From contig NC_000917.1 of the NCBI RefSeq assembly GCF_000008665.1, forward strand, positions 1,980,001-2,012,000: a stretch of 32,000 bases of DNA, written 5' to 3'. Made by a program: the position numbers and the translations under genes. Source of the DNA: Archaeoglobus fulgidus DSM 4304 (GTDB taxonomy: Archaea > Halobacteriota > Archaeoglobi > Archaeoglobales > Archaeoglobaceae). Shown one piece after another: positions 7,942 to 17,365 of the stretch (positions are counted from its first letter, which is position 1; each line of letters starts with the position of its first letter). The notes under the pieces were generated by a model. It did no database searches, was not told the origin of the DNA, and worked only from the letters and a program-made list of their open reading frames with translations.

Positions 7942-10533
7942 TCAAACCTCAACAAAAACAACGCTGTTAGCTGTTTCAAGCATCTCCACTTCTCTCCCCT
8001 CAATGCTTTTCTCCGTCACCGCCTCAAACCACTCAGCCTTAACCTCAACGCTCGCTCCATCGAGGTTAACCTGAATCGCCCCCTCCTTCAGCAACCTCTC
8101 CTTTTCTTCCTTGCTGAGTGAGCCGACAGCTTTGATTAGGGTCTTCGCCTTTTCCCTGAACATGGGGCCGATGATGGCAAACTTTGGTTTAAGCTCCTTA
8201 ACTCTCTCCCTAACCTCAGGCATCTCCGTAACAATCTCAACCTCAGAGTTTGTCGCCCCTGCAATGTCTCTTACATCAAGACCGTCAAGCTTGGAGTAGA
8301 CAATCAGCTTCTTGAGGGGGGCGTTTAAAGCCAGCCCCTTATCGTGCTTGAACTTTCTAACTGCAGCAACAATCTCCTTAATCTCCTCTCCAGCCTTCTC
8401 CGCTCTCTCATCCAGAAACTCCTCCTCAACGACTGGATAGCTCTGCAAGTGCACACTCCCCTCTCTGAAGTGGCTCCAGCACTCTTCCGCCATGAAAGGC
8501 GTGATTGGTGCAAGCAATCTCGTCAGAACATCGAGAGCGTAGCTAAGAACGAACTTGGCAGCCCTCTTCTCCTCTTCACTGCCTGAGTAAAGCCTGTTCT
8601 TCACAATCTCAAGGTAGTTGTCCGCATACTCATACCACGTGAACGTCCTTATCGCCTTGATTGCCTCGTCAAACCTGTACTCGTCCATGTGCTTCCTAAC
8701 CTCCCCAACAAGCCTGTTGAGCTTCGAGAGAATCCACCTGTCCGCATCTCTCAGCAGCTTCTTGTCCTCCTCAGATGGAGTGTAGTCGGAGATGTGCATC
8801 AGAGTAAAGCGGGTGATGCTCCAGAACTTCTGCTGGAATCTGCTGGCAGCAATGACATCCTTCCAGTTGAATATTATGTCATCCCCTATGACTCCACTCG
8901 CAGCCCACTGGCGGAGCGCATCCACTCCATACTTCTCAACAACCTCCTCAGGCACGATGACGTTTCCGAGGCTTTTGCTCATCTTCCTTCCATCTTCTCC
9001 GAAAACCATTCCGTTTATGACAATCTCATACCACGGAATCTGCCCTTCCAATGCTAAGGAGCGCAGAATGGTGTAGAAGGCCCACGTCCTGATGATGTCG
9101 TGTCCCTGAGGGCGGAGGTGGGTTGGATACTCTTTCAAGCTGGGCCATCCGCAAATCATCAGAGGTGTGATGCTGGAATCCATCCACGTGTCGAGAACGT
9201 CGGTCTCTCCCCTGAACTCTGTGGAGCCGCACTTCGGGCATGGCTCGGGAGGCTGAGTTGCCGTTGGGTCAACAGGAAGCCACTCCTCCTTGGCAACAAC
9301 CACCTCCCCGCAGTTCTTGCAGTACCATGCGGGAATGGGTGTGGCGAAAATCCTCTGCCTGCTTATAACCCAGTCCCACTCCATCGACTGAACCCAGCTT
9401 TCCAGCCTTGAGTACATGTGCTCTGGAACCCACTTAATCCTCTTCGCAGCCTCAAGAATCTTCTCCTTCTCCACCTTAACGAACCACTGCTCTGCTGGGA
9501 TAATCTCAACAGGTGTTTTGCACCTCCAGCATGTGCCGACATTGTGGTCAATCTCAACCTGCTTCAGCAGCTTCCCCTCCTTCTTGAGGTCTTCCAGAAT
9601 TGCCTCCCTCGCCTCAGGAATGGTCATGCCAGCATATCTCCCGGCCTTCTCATTCAGCCTTCCGTCTCTCCCAACAATGTTTCTCAGCTCAAGTTTGTGC
9701 TTCTTCCACCACTTGACATCCTGCCTGTCTCCGAAGGTGCAGATCATCACCACTCCCGTTCCGAACTCGGGGTCAACCTCCTCATCCGCTATAACCTCAA
9801 CCTCGTACGGAGTGGTGGGAACCCTAACCTTTTTGCCAATCAGATGCTTATTTCTCTCGTCATCTGGATGGACTGCGATGGCAACGCAGGCGGGAATAAG
9901 CTCTGGGCGAGTTGTGGCAATGATAACGTCATCATCGAACTTTATGTAGTTCAGCTTCGTCTTCCCCTGCCTGTACTCTATCTCTGCAAGAGCGATGGTG
10001 GTTTCGCAGCGGGGACAGAAAACGACGGGGTGATAATCCCTGTAAATCAGCCCCTTATTGTACATTCTGACGAAGGAGAGCTGCGTTTTTGAGTAGTATT
10101 CGGGATACATCGTGATGTACTCCTTGCTCCAGTCGATGCTGTAGCCCATCCTTCTCGCTGTCTCCCTCATCTTTGCAATGTTCTCCTCTGTAAACTCCAC
10201 GCAGAGCCTTCTGAACTCATCTCTTGGAATATCACCCTTCTTTATGCCATACTTCTCCTCCACCTTAACCTCGGTCGGAAGGCCATGGCAGTCCCAGCCC
10301 TGAGGGAACATGACTTCGTAGCCGTTCATTCTCTTGTATCTTGCAATAAAATCGATAATGCACCAGTTGAGGGCATGGCCGATGTGGAAGGAGCCTGTGG
10401 GGTATGGGGGAGGAGTGTCGATTATGTAGTGAGGCTTTTCGGAATTCCAGTCAAAGTAATACATCTCGTCCTTCCACAGCTTCAGCCACTTCTCCTCAAC
10501 CTCATGAGCGTCATAGTCCTTCCTGATTTCCAT
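7942..10533 (-). CDS. valS: valyl-tRNA synthetase
   Basis: The 863 aa class-I aaRS has the HIGH motif ([12 protein letters not shown]), KMSKS (RKMSKSLGN), an editing-domain insertion and zinc-type CxxC pairs. Length and blocks fit archaeal ValRS rather than IleRS or LeuRS. Confidence 0.93.
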   Translation of the reverse strand: MEIRKDYDAHEVEEKWLKLWKDEMYYFDWNSEKPHYIIDTPPPYPTGSFHIGHALNWCIIDFIARYKRMNGYEVMFPQGWDCHGLPTEVKVEEKYGIKKGDIPRDEFRRLCVEFTEENIAKMRETARRMGYSIDWSKEYITMYPEYYSKTQLSFVRMYNKGLIYRDYHPVVFCPRCETTIALAEIEYRQGKTKLNYIKFDDDVIIATTRPELIPACVAIAVHPDDERNKHLIGKKVRVPTTPYEVEVIADEEVDPEFGTGVVMICTFGDRQDVKWWKKHKLELRNIVGRDGRLNEKAGRYAGMTIPEAREAILEDLKKEGKLLKQVEIDHNVGTCWRCKTPVEIIPAEQWFVKVEKEKILEAAKRIKWVPEHMYSRLESWVQSMEWDWVISRQRIFATPIPAWYCKNCGEVVVAKEEWLPVDPTATQPPEPCPKCGSTEFRGETDVLDTWMDSSITPLMICGWPSLKEYPTHLRPQGHDIIRTWAFYTILRSLALEGQIPWYEIVINGMVFGEDGRKMSKSLGNVIVPEEVVEKYGVDALRQWAASGVIGDDIIFNWKDVIAASRFQQKFWSITRFTLMHISDYTPSEEDKKLLRDADRWILSKLNRLVGEVRKHMDEYRFDEAIKAIRTFTWYEYADNYLEIVKNRLYSGSEEEKRAAKFVLSYALDVLTRLLAPITPFMAEECWSHFREGSVHLQSYPVVEEEFLDERAEKAGEEIKEIVAAVRKFKHDKGLALNAPLKKLIVYSKLDGLDVRDIAGATNSEVEIVTEMPEVRERVKELKPKFAIIGPMFREKAKTLIKAVGSLSKEEKERLLKEGAIQVNLDGASVEVKAEWFEAVTEKSIEGREVEMLETANSVVFVEV

Positions 10534-10571
10534 GTGTCCACCTCACAGAAACTTGAAATATAACTTTTTGC

Positions 10572-11324
10572 TCAGCACTCACATCGAATCTGTCTGTCAA
10601 TTTTCACGGCAGTGTTTCGAAGGATACCTATCTTTTCAATCTCAACTTCAACAACATCTCCATCTTTCAGCATCCCAACACCAGCGGGCGTGCCGGTTGC
10701 AATGACATCCCCGGCTTTGAGAGTCATCACTGAGGAAACGAAGGAAACGAGCTGGAAGACGTCGAATATCAGATTTGAGGTGTTTGATTTCTGCACCACC
10801 TTGCCATTAACTCTTGTCTGAATTCCCAGCTTCGAGGGGTCGTCAATTTCGGCGATGTAGGGGCCGAGAGGAGCGAAGGTGTCGAAGCTCTTCGCCCTCG
10901 TCCACTGCCCGTCCTTCGCCTGCAAATCCCTCGCTGTGACGTCATTGAAGCAGGTGTAGCCGAGAATGTAGTCCGCTGCATTAGTTTCGGGAACGTTTCT
11001 GCAATCCTCCGCTATCACAACCGCCAGCTCTCCCTCGTAATCAACTCTCTGCGAAATTTGGGGCAGGATTATGCAGTCATCGTGGCCGATAACAGCAGTT
11101 GAGGGCTTCATGAAGAGTATCGGCTCCTCAGGGACCGGCATATTGAGCTCCTCAGCGTGGTCGATGTAGTTCAAACCTACTGCGATGATTTTTGACGGAA
11201 CGACTGGAGGAAGGAACTTCACAGCCGTTAAGGGAACCTCATAACCGTCGAAGACAAGAAGCTCGCCATCAATCTCAAAACTTCCCTCGTAAATCCTTCC
11301 GTTGGCAACAAACCTTCCGAGCAT
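10572..11324 (-). CDS. fumarylacetoacetate hydrolase (FAH) family protein
   Basis: The 250 aa translation has FAH-fold blocks: GLNYIDHAEE, DYEGELAVVI, GYTCFNDVTARD and GDVIATGTPAGVG. Confidence 0.85.
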   Translation of the reverse strand: MLGRFVANGRIYEGSFEIDGELLVFDGYEVPLTAVKFLPPVVPSKIIAVGLNYIDHAEELNMPVPEEPILFMKPSTAVIGHDDCIILPQISQRVDYEGELAVVIAEDCRNVPETNAADYILGYTCFNDVTARDLQAKDGQWTRAKSFDTFAPLGPYIAEIDDPSKLGIQTRVNGKVVQKSNTSNLIFDVFQLVSFVSSVMTLKAGDVIATGTPAGVGMLKDGDVVEVEIEKIGILRNTAVKIDRQIRCEC

Positions 11325-11388
11325 GATATCACCTCAGGCGTAGAACTTCTGAGATAACTCTTAAAACCTTTGCCTTCTTACGCCACAC

Positions 11389-12447
11389 ATGCTCCTCGTA
11401 AAAACGCTGAGGGAGATGGAATACGTTGCTGCATCGCACATCAAAGATGCCATCGGTGATGTTGAAATTGAAATCAGGCCCTCAGGCTTCCTCGGCCTGC
11501 TCATCGTTCACTGCGATGAGAGCCTTAAAGAGAAGCTGGAGGAGATTCCCGAAATCGAGACCATAATCCCCGTCCTTGTGGAGTGCGAGGCAAAGCTCGA
11601 TGAAATTCTTTCTAAGGCGGAGGTGGTGGCTGAGAAGGTCAAGGGAGCGAGAACCTTTGCAATTAGGACGAAGAGAAGGGGAACTCATGACTTCACAAGC
11701 CTCGACGTTAACCTCGATTTGGGAGACAGGATAAGGGAGCTTACAGGCTGCGAGGTTGACCTCAATTTTCCGGATAAGGCAGTTTATGTTGAAATTATAG
11801 GTAAAAGGGCCTTTATCGGAGTAATTGACGGCAGCGAGGAGCGGAAAAAGTACACTCCAGAGAAGGTTGACTCGAGGAAGCTTTTTGGAAAAATCAGCTT
11901 CGTCCAGATGCCTTATCTTGAAGATACAAAGGCCGCTCTGGAAATAGGGGAGAGGATAGGAAGGGCTGCGCAGGCTTTCGAGATAAAGGAGCTCATAATC
12001 GCCCCTCACGACTACGTCAACGCCTTCGAGCTTGAGTACTTCATAAAGGGAGTTAGGAGGGGGCAGATTGCCCGATACAAAATTCAGGAGAGGGCTTATG
12101 CGAGAGAGGTGAGGAAGGTTCCCGTCTTCGTTAGGGACCTCTACCAGACCGCGAGGGACAAGAGGAGAAAGAGGAACGTTTTGATAATCACCGACCCTAC
12201 GGGAAGGCAGATTTCAGATGTGAAGGAGGAGCTTGTTAGAAGAATCAGGTTTGCTGACGAAGTTGTTATTTTCGCGGGAAGCAGAGTTGGCATTCCAAAG
12301 GGGCTTTTCAGGCTGGCGGATTTCGTAATTGACCTGGCCCCTTACATAACCTTTGCCACTGAGCAAACCATCCCAGTAACCCTATCAGCGTTGCTGACGG
12401 TTTACGAGGAAGATGAAGAGGCGAGAGGAGTAATCAAATCACTCTAA
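11389..12447 (+). CDS. THUMP domain protein fused to a SPOUT-like (trefoil-knot) C-terminal domain; putative RNA methyltransferase
   Basis: The N-terminal half has a THUMP-like pattern (ARTFAIRTKRRGTHDFTSLDVNLDLGDRI..VDLNFPDKAVYVEI). The C-terminus VVIFAGSRVGIPKGLFRLADFVIDLAPYITFATEQTIPVTLSALLTVYEE resembles the SPOUT knot motif. Confidence 0.6.
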   Translation: MLLVKTLREMEYVAASHIKDAIGDVEIEIRPSGFLGLLIVHCDESLKEKLEEIPEIETIIPVLVECEAKLDEILSKAEVVAEKVKGARTFAIRTKRRGTHDFTSLDVNLDLGDRIRELTGCEVDLNFPDKAVYVEIIGKRAFIGVIDGSEERKKYTPEKVDSRKLFGKISFVQMPYLEDTKAALEIGERIGRAAQAFEIKELIIAPHDYVNAFELEYFIKGVRRGQIARYKIQERAYAREVRKVPVFVRDLYQTARDKRRKRNVLIITDPTGRQISDVKEELVRRIRFADEVVIFAGSRVGIPKGLFRLADFVIDLAPYITFATEQTIPVTLSALLTVYEEDEEARGVIKSL

Positions 12448-13405
12448 AGTCCCTGAAATCCACAAAGAACTCGTTAACCCTAACCTCAGGGATGATTCCG
12501 TTCTCGAAGAGTGGGGCTATCATGTTTAGGCCAGCACTCACAACCAATCTGGCCCTGTTTGCCGCTGGAAGTCCAAAAATTCTGTCTGAGGGGTGCAGAA
12601 TTTTAATTACACCTCTAAGGCCTTTGCTTTCTGCAATTTCCAGCTCCCTTCTCGCTATGTCCATTGCATACCTGCTGAAGGACCTTATGGCGACTATAAT
12701 TTCCCCCCTTCCGGTTTTGCATGCAGAGTAAACGGATGTCAACCCTGCTTTCAGCAGCAAAAGTCCGGGGCTCAGAGTGGTTCCGAAGTAACTGATCAAT
12801 TCTGTTAGCCCCCTTGCCTCCATGTTTTCAACGCTCATCAACCCCGCGTACTCGGGAGTTGTGTTCACACCGGCGGTTTTCAATATGACATCGTAAATAG
12901 TGTTGGAGATAACCCCCAGCGCAAAGGAGTTTTTTGGAACCGTATAGCCTCCAAGTGACTCACCTTCTTCGGCGATAAAGATGCGGTTGGAAATGGATAT
13001 AGGTTGCGAAATGCACTCCTCAACGATCTCCATTGCCCTTTCAAAGAGCGATTTATCGATAAAGGCGAAATTTGTGGGTACGAGCCCGGAAAGAGTGTAG
13101 AGGTCAAAGTTCGAGAGATATACGTTGTACTCTATTCTCTCCGAGAACTCCCCCAGCCTTTCGAAAGCACTTTTTCTCTTGAGTTCCTTTTCGCCTTTTT
13201 CAGTAAGTTCGGTTTTTCCGTTGCTGTTTTTTCTAACCAGTCCCCTTTCTTCAAGCTTTTTCAGGTGGTATCTTATGGTCCTTGCTCTTATGTTGTATCC
13301 CCTTTTTCGCAGCTCTAACTCAATTTCTTTAGAGCTTAACGCCCCCGATTCCTCTAAGACGCTGAGAATTTCCTCTTCAACCATTAAAAGATTAACAGCC
13401 ATCAA
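12434..13405 (-). CDS. NrpR-like transcriptional regulator (winged HTH + one DUF128/NRD domain)
   Basis: The N-terminal wHTH is SSKEIELELRKRGYNIRARTIRYHLKKLEERGLV. It is followed by about 230 aa resembling the NrpR regulatory domain. The 3' end overlaps the convergent THUMP gene by 14 nt. Confidence 0.6.
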   Translation of the reverse strand: MMAVNLLMVEEEILSVLEESGALSSKEIELELRKRGYNIRARTIRYHLKKLEERGLVRKNSNGKTELTEKGEKELKRKSAFERLGEFSERIEYNVYLSNFDLYTLSGLVPTNFAFIDKSLFERAMEIVEECISQPISISNRIFIAEEGESLGGYTVPKNSFALGVISNTIYDVILKTAGVNTTPEYAGLMSVENMEARGLTELISYFGTTLSPGLLLLKAGLTSVYSACKTGRGEIIVAIRSFSRYAMDIARRELEIAESKGLRGVIKILHPSDRIFGLPAANRARLVVSAGLNMIAPLFENGIIPEVRVNEFFVDFRDFRVI

Positions 13406-13502
13406 AGTTTAAATCCATTTCTTTGCTCCGTATAAAAATCTGCTAAAAGTTTTGAACGTACGCCCCAAGCTGGACTGCACACAACTCACGGCCTATTTAA
13501 AG

Positions 13503-13575
13503 TGGGGCCGCCGAGATTTGAACTCGGGTCACCGGCGCCCCAGGCCGAGAGGCTACCAGGCTACCCCACGGCCCC
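13503..13575 (-). tRNA. tRNA-Pro (anticodon GGG)
   Basis: I folded the reverse complement by hand: GGGGCCG-TG-GGGT...acceptor CGGCCCC-A. The anticodon stem is TCGGC/GCCGG and the loop is CTGGGGC, giving anticodon GGG. The T arm is CCGAG-TTCAAAT-CTCGG. CCA is not encoded. Confidence 0.9.
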
Positions 13576-13598
13576 AGCAAAAATAACTCGAAGGATGG

Positions 13599-13607
13599 TT
13601 TTTAAAG
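13599..13607 (-). promoter_or_regulatory. TATA box (CTTTAAAAA on the minus strand) for tRNA-Pro
   Basis: It is located 24-32 nt upstream of the mature tRNA 5' end, the canonical archaeal box A position. Confidence 0.5.
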
Positions 13608-13653
13608 GCTTTTGCTCTTTCAAAAAATTCTGAACCTTATGGGGCTAATTCCG

Positions 13654-13699
13654 TAAATTATATATGCGTAGATGAAAAGGCACTCTAAGACGGAGGTGA
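13654..13699 (+). promoter_or_regulatory. dsrC promoter region: TATA box TAAATTATATAT (13654-13665) and Shine-Dalgarno GGAGGTGA (13692-13699)
   Basis: A strong AT-rich box lies about 40 nt upstream of the ATG at 13704. A near-perfect anti-16S match lies 4 nt upstream of the ATG. Confidence 0.55.
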
Positions 13700-13703
13700 C
13701 TTC

Positions 13704-14051
13704 ATGCCAGAGTTAGAGGTTAAAGGAAAGAAGCTCAGACTTGACGAGGACGGTTTTCTGCAGGATTGGGAAGAGTGGGACGAGGAGGTTGCAGAGGCTC
13801 TTGCGAAGGACACCCGCTTCAGCCCGCAGCCGATTGAGTTGACAGAGGAGCACTGGAAGATTATAAGATATCTGAGAGACTACTTTATAAAGTACGGTGT
13901 TGCTCCACCAGTCAGAATGCTTGTAAAGCACTGCAAGAAAGAGGTCAGGCCAGACTGCAACCTGCAGTACATCTACAAGCTCTTCCCGCAGGGACCTGCA
14001 AAGGACGCTTGTAGAATTGCTGGTCTTCCAAAGCCAACTGGCTGTGTCTAA
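13704..14051 (+). CDS. dsrC: DsrC, the sulfur-carrier/substrate protein of dissimilatory sulfite reductase (TusE/DsrC family)
   Basis: The 115 aa translation ends with the diagnostic flexible arm C-RIAGLPKPTG-C-V. Its two conserved cysteines are spaced 10 residues apart, and the second is penultimate. Confidence 0.93.
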   Translation: MPELEVKGKKLRLDEDGFLQDWEEWDEEVAEALAKDTRFSPQPIELTEEHWKIIRYLRDYFIKYGVAPPVRMLVKHCKKEVRPDCNLQYIYKLFPQGPAKDACRIAGLPKPTGCV

Positions 14052-14053
14052 TC

Positions 14054-15430
14054 TTATTTTTTCTTCATTGCTTTTTTAACAAATCTTCTGGCGATGCTTT
14101 TATCCGAAAGAAAATGGACATGAATGTAGCATCCGAGCGTATTTTCCTTTAGTATTCCGTCCCTCCTGCCGTCAATTCCAAACCCTCGCTCCACCCTAAA
14201 TGCAAAATCAGCCTTTCCCGTAAGAGTGGGCCTTGAATAGTGAAACTCGTGACCGACTATTTTTTGGTTTCTCTTAGCTATTATGCACGGCTTCAACGTC
14301 CTGTAAACCGAATAGCCCTGCGCCTGAAACCTCTCGTACATTTTTGTCTTTAGCGGAAGGAAGCCAACCATTTCAAACTCCCCTTCTGAGGTTTCAAGAG
14401 ACTCTCCGAGATACATCAGCCCTCCGCATTCAGCATAAACGGGATTTCCAGACTGGCAGAAGTCGTAAATTTCGTTTCTAAGCTTTTCGTTTTTCTCAAG
14501 TCCCTCCGCAAATACCTCTGGGAATCCGCCCCCAATGTAAAGAGCGTCCACATCGGGAAGCCTTTTATCAGTAAGGGAGTTCACAAAGACGAGTTCAGCG
14601 TACTTTGACAGCTCATCTAAATTGTCCTGGTAATAGAACGAGAAAACCTGGTCCCTAATAACTCCAATTTTCACATATTTCTTTTCCTCATCTTCTTTTT
14701 CATCCTCAAAGACGGAGTCAAGCGGAGGTGCCTTTTCAGCTATTTCGAGAATTTTATCAACGTCAACGTGCTTCTCAACAATCTCCGCAATGTTGTCGAG
14801 CAGCTCGTCCATGTCCTCCCTCTCGTAAGCCGTAACAAGGCCGAGGTGGCGGTAAGGCATTTTCACCTTCTTTCTCGGCACCACTCCAAGAACCCTAACC
14901 CCTGCGAGCTTCTCGACCGCCGTCCTAACCTTTCCAGCATGCCTCTCGCTGCCGACTCTGTTCAAAATAACGCCCTTAAGCAACACATCCGGATCAAAGA
15001 GTTTATATCCGAGAATTATTGCAGCTGCAGTTCTGTTTAACCTCTCAACGTTGGCAACGAGTACAACAGGAGCTTTTAAAATCTTGCTCACCTCTGCAAC
15101 GCTTCCCTTTTCGCTTACGGCATCAGAGGAGTCGTAAAGTCCCGTTTTCCCCTCAATGATTGCGACATCCGCACCTCTGAAGTTTCTGATGAACGTTTCA
15201 AGGATTGCAGACCTGCTCAGCATGAAACTATCAAGATTTCGCGAGTATCTGCCAGTTGCAAGGTGGTGAAAGCCCGGGTCGATGAAGTCCGGTCCAACTT
15301 TGTAGGGTTGAACCTCGTAACCTCTGTTAACGAGCAGCCTCATTAGCCCGATGGAAATCATCGTTTTTCCAACCTTGCTGCTCGTTCCTGCTATTACGAC
15401 TCTTGGAATGTCCATTGGCAGAAGTTTCAC
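14054..15430 (-). CDS. cbiA: cobyrinic acid a,c-diamide synthase (CbiA/CobB family amidotransferase)
   Basis: The 458 aa translation has an N-terminal ATP-binding loop (GTSSKVGKT) and a C-terminal GATase-1 domain with the nucleophile Cys in YAECGGLMYLG and the HEFH block. Confidence 0.85.
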   Translation of the reverse strand: MKLLPMDIPRVVIAGTSSKVGKTMISIGLMRLLVNRGYEVQPYKVGPDFIDPGFHHLATGRYSRNLDSFMLSRSAILETFIRNFRGADVAIIEGKTGLYDSSDAVSEKGSVAEVSKILKAPVVLVANVERLNRTAAAIILGYKLFDPDVLLKGVILNRVGSERHAGKVRTAVEKLAGVRVLGVVPRKKVKMPYRHLGLVTAYEREDMDELLDNIAEIVEKHVDVDKILEIAEKAPPLDSVFEDEKEDEEKKYVKIGVIRDQVFSFYYQDNLDELSKYAELVFVNSLTDKRLPDVDALYIGGGFPEVFAEGLEKNEKLRNEIYDFCQSGNPVYAECGGLMYLGESLETSEGEFEMVGFLPLKTKMYERFQAQGYSVYRTLKPCIIAKRNQKIVGHEFHYSRPTLTGKADFAFRVERGFGIDGRRDGILKENTLGCYIHVHFLSDKSIARRFVKKAMKKK

Positions 15431-15488
15431 TTCGGTAATTTAGCTTTTACAGAAAACCTTAAATTAAGTTTTGAGGTTAAACCTTAGC

Positions 15489-15755
15489 ATGGACGAATTT
15501 GAGTACGCGATATTTGAAGAAGAGGATGAAGAGGTGGAGGGTGAGGACGACGTAAAGCTTGCAGAAATCTACAAGCTGGCGTCCAAGCTCCTCAAGTTGC
15601 TGGATGAAATAAAAAGCTTTGAATTGAAGGAGTCAGCTTCGCTCATGCTCATAAAGGAAATAGTGGGCGACGATAAGGTGCTCGTCGGACTCGCAACCAA
15701 AATGCTTCAGGACATGAGCTACGGTTTCGACGATGATGAGAGCTACGTTAGCTGA
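15489..15755 (+). CDS. hypothetical acidic protein (88 aa from ATG; the track ORF begins at an upstream TTG at 15471)
   Basis: The ORF has very acidic termini (EEEDEEVEGEDD, DDDESY). No family was recognised. The 3' end overlaps the convergent membrane-protein gene by 13 nt. Confidence 0.45.
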   Translation: MDEFEYAIFEEEDEEVEGEDDVKLAEIYKLASKLLKLLDEIKSFELKESASLMLIKEIVGDDKVLVGLATKMLQDMSYGFDDDESYVS

Positions 15756-16753
15756 TTTTTAACAAACTTTGATTTTATCAGGCTGTAGTTTACAGATATC
15801 GCGCCGAAAAATATGTTTGTATGGTAGGTTATCAGCCTCCACAGTCCCACGAGGACGCCGAGCACGTTGGTTGGCACGAAGTTGGAGTAGAGGTACGCCA
15901 TGCTCACTTCCGCGATTCCGCTGCTTCCGGGAGTTAGAGGAACTAGGGAGACGATCACTATTATGAGCTGGGCAGTGTAGGAGTAGAGGAAGTAAGCGTC
16001 GTAGCCGAGAGCAACGAGGATTACCGAGGGGATTGCGAAGCTTGCACTCCACATAACAAGCGTTACAAGGTACAGTACGAGAATTCCAGAAGGGGAATCG
16101 GACAGCATCTTTATCGTAGCCTCTCTGAATCTCCTGAGCTCCCTTGAGAAGGTTGAGGAGTACTTCTCGGCCTTTTTTTCGTTGAACTTTCGAACAGCTT
16201 TGTAGAGAAGCTGGGCAAATTTGTCAATGCTGGATTCGTTTCTGAATATTCTGTAGAGAATGTAGAGAAAAACCAAAAGGAGGGTGATGAAGATAATGGC
16301 TATTTTAAATCCAAAACTTGTCGAGAATCCTGTTACAATCAAAAAAACCGGCAGGGCCGTCGAAAAGTACATGGAATCGAGGATTCTCTCAGCAAGAACG
16401 ATAAAGGCCGACGTGCCCACCTCCACACCCCTGTCTGAGAGCATTTTGACTCTTACCGGTTCCCCACCAGCGGAGGAGGGAGTTATGGATGCCGTGAACA
16501 TGCTCGCCATTGTTATCTCAAGGGAGTGGAAAAAGGAGATGCGGTAACCAAGATAGTTTGAAAGGAGCTTCATGCGAAGCGCCCAGAGAAGCCAGAAGGA
16601 CACCTGGAGAAGGAACGCCACAATCAGCAGAAGCCAGTTGGCTCTTTTTATGACACTCCAGGTTAGCTCCGATTCGGTGTACTTGAAGATAATTGCCGTT
16701 ACAGCGATGCTCACGAGAATTCCTATCACTGCAGCCCTGAGCGTCGAACTCAA
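15743..16753 (-). CDS. integral membrane protein, UPF0104 / lysylphosphatidylglycerol-synthase-TM-like (flippase-like) family
   Basis: The 336 aa translation has about 8 TM helices. It carries two copies of the family motif (ITPSSAGGEPVR and LTPGSSGIAEVS). Confidence 0.7.
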   Translation of the reverse strand: MSSTLRAAVIGILVSIAVTAIIFKYTESELTWSVIKRANWLLLIVAFLLQVSFWLLWALRMKLLSNYLGYRISFFHSLEITMASMFTASITPSSAGGEPVRVKMLSDRGVEVGTSAFIVLAERILDSMYFSTALPVFLIVTGFSTSFGFKIAIIFITLLLVFLYILYRIFRNESSIDKFAQLLYKAVRKFNEKKAEKYSSTFSRELRRFREATIKMLSDSPSGILVLYLVTLVMWSASFAIPSVILVALGYDAYFLYSYTAQLIIVIVSLVPLTPGSSGIAEVSMAYLYSNFVPTNVLGVLVGLWRLITYHTNIFFGAISVNYSLIKSKFVKNQLT

Positions 16754-16891
16754 TTTTCCCCCCGGTGCTCAATACAATTAACGTATATAAACCATTTTCG
16801 TCCTTCTTTACTACTGTCCACTCGCCATCACTTGGATTTGATGTGGTACCCCGCTTGGCTGAGCGCAGTGCTCACGCACTTACTTCCCCCC

Positions 16892-17278
16892 TCAATCCCT
16901 ATCCTCCATAAAAACGTTCACAACCTTGACATTCCTCCCCAGTCTCCTTTCTATCTCCCCTATCAGCTCCTCATCCACGAAATCTCTAATCTCCTCCCTC
17001 TCTATGACGTTGAAGTGCGGCTCACAGTTAACCTCAACCCTCGTCTCCCCCTCAAGCGTGAAGAAGTCCAGCAAACCCAGTCCCCTGAAAATCAGCAGGT
17101 TGGAGTAAAGCGTTGAGAAGCTCATTGTGGGAAACTCCTTCACCACTTCCTCATAAACCTCCTTCAGAGTAGGGTGCCTGCCCCCAATTTTTTCTATTAC
17201 CTCAATAAGCTTCAGCCTCTGCGGAGTTAGCCTCAAACCGGCTTTTTTCATCTCCTCCATTGCCCTTTCCTTCCACAC
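16892..17278 (-). CDS. Fur-family transcriptional regulator (PerR-like by context), with degenerate metal-binding sites
   Basis: The wHTH LRLTPQRLKLIEVIEKIGGRHPTLKEVYEEVVKEFPTMSFSTLYSNLLIFRGLGLL matches the Fur DNA-binding domain. The C-terminal dimerisation domain lacks both CxxC pairs and the HHH cluster. The gene is divergent from katG. Confidence 0.75.
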   Translation of the reverse strand: MWKERAMEEMKKAGLRLTPQRLKLIEVIEKIGGRHPTLKEVYEEVVKEFPTMSFSTLYSNLLIFRGLGLLDFFTLEGETRVEVNCEPHFNVIEREEIRDFVDEELIGEIERRLGRNVKVVNVFMEDRD

Positions 17279-17314
17279 ATCTTCAATTTCACATCTTAGT
17301 AAAAAACATTTTTC

Positions 17315-17353
17315 TTCTAGAAATAACTTCTAAATCGAAATTGTTTTAAAACA
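17315..17353. promoter_or_regulatory. fur-like/katG divergent control region with palindromes TTCTAGAA (17315-17322) and TGTTTTAAAACA (17342-17353, overlapping a TATA-like TTTTAAAA)
   Basis: I read two perfect palindromes in the 87-nt AT-rich intergenic spacer. The 12-mer sits where the katG TATA box is expected. Confidence 0.45.
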
Positions 17354-17365
17354 TCAGCTTTAAGT

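Noticed and set aside
9416-10092. Two overlapping plus-strand ORFs (177 and 224 aa), plus several shorter ones inside valS.
   Set aside because: All are antisense to the ValRS gene, which has an intact HIGH/KMSKS architecture. They are mutually overlapping in different frames and therefore cannot all be coding.
15733-15755. A C/D-box sRNA-like half-site: ATGATGA, then exactly 12 nt, then CTGA.
   Set aside because: I found no second C'/D' box pair within the expected 25-40 nt on either side, and no terminal stem. The motif is explained by Asp-Asp-Glu codons and the TGA stop of the acidic-protein ORF.
16754-16891. A 138-nt gap with a short hairpin (GAGC-GCAGT-GCTC) and a UGAUGU...CUGA-like pair, considered as a possible small RNA.
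   Set aside because: The stem is only 4 bp, the box sequences are imperfect and their spacing is off. Nothing here can be supported without expression data.
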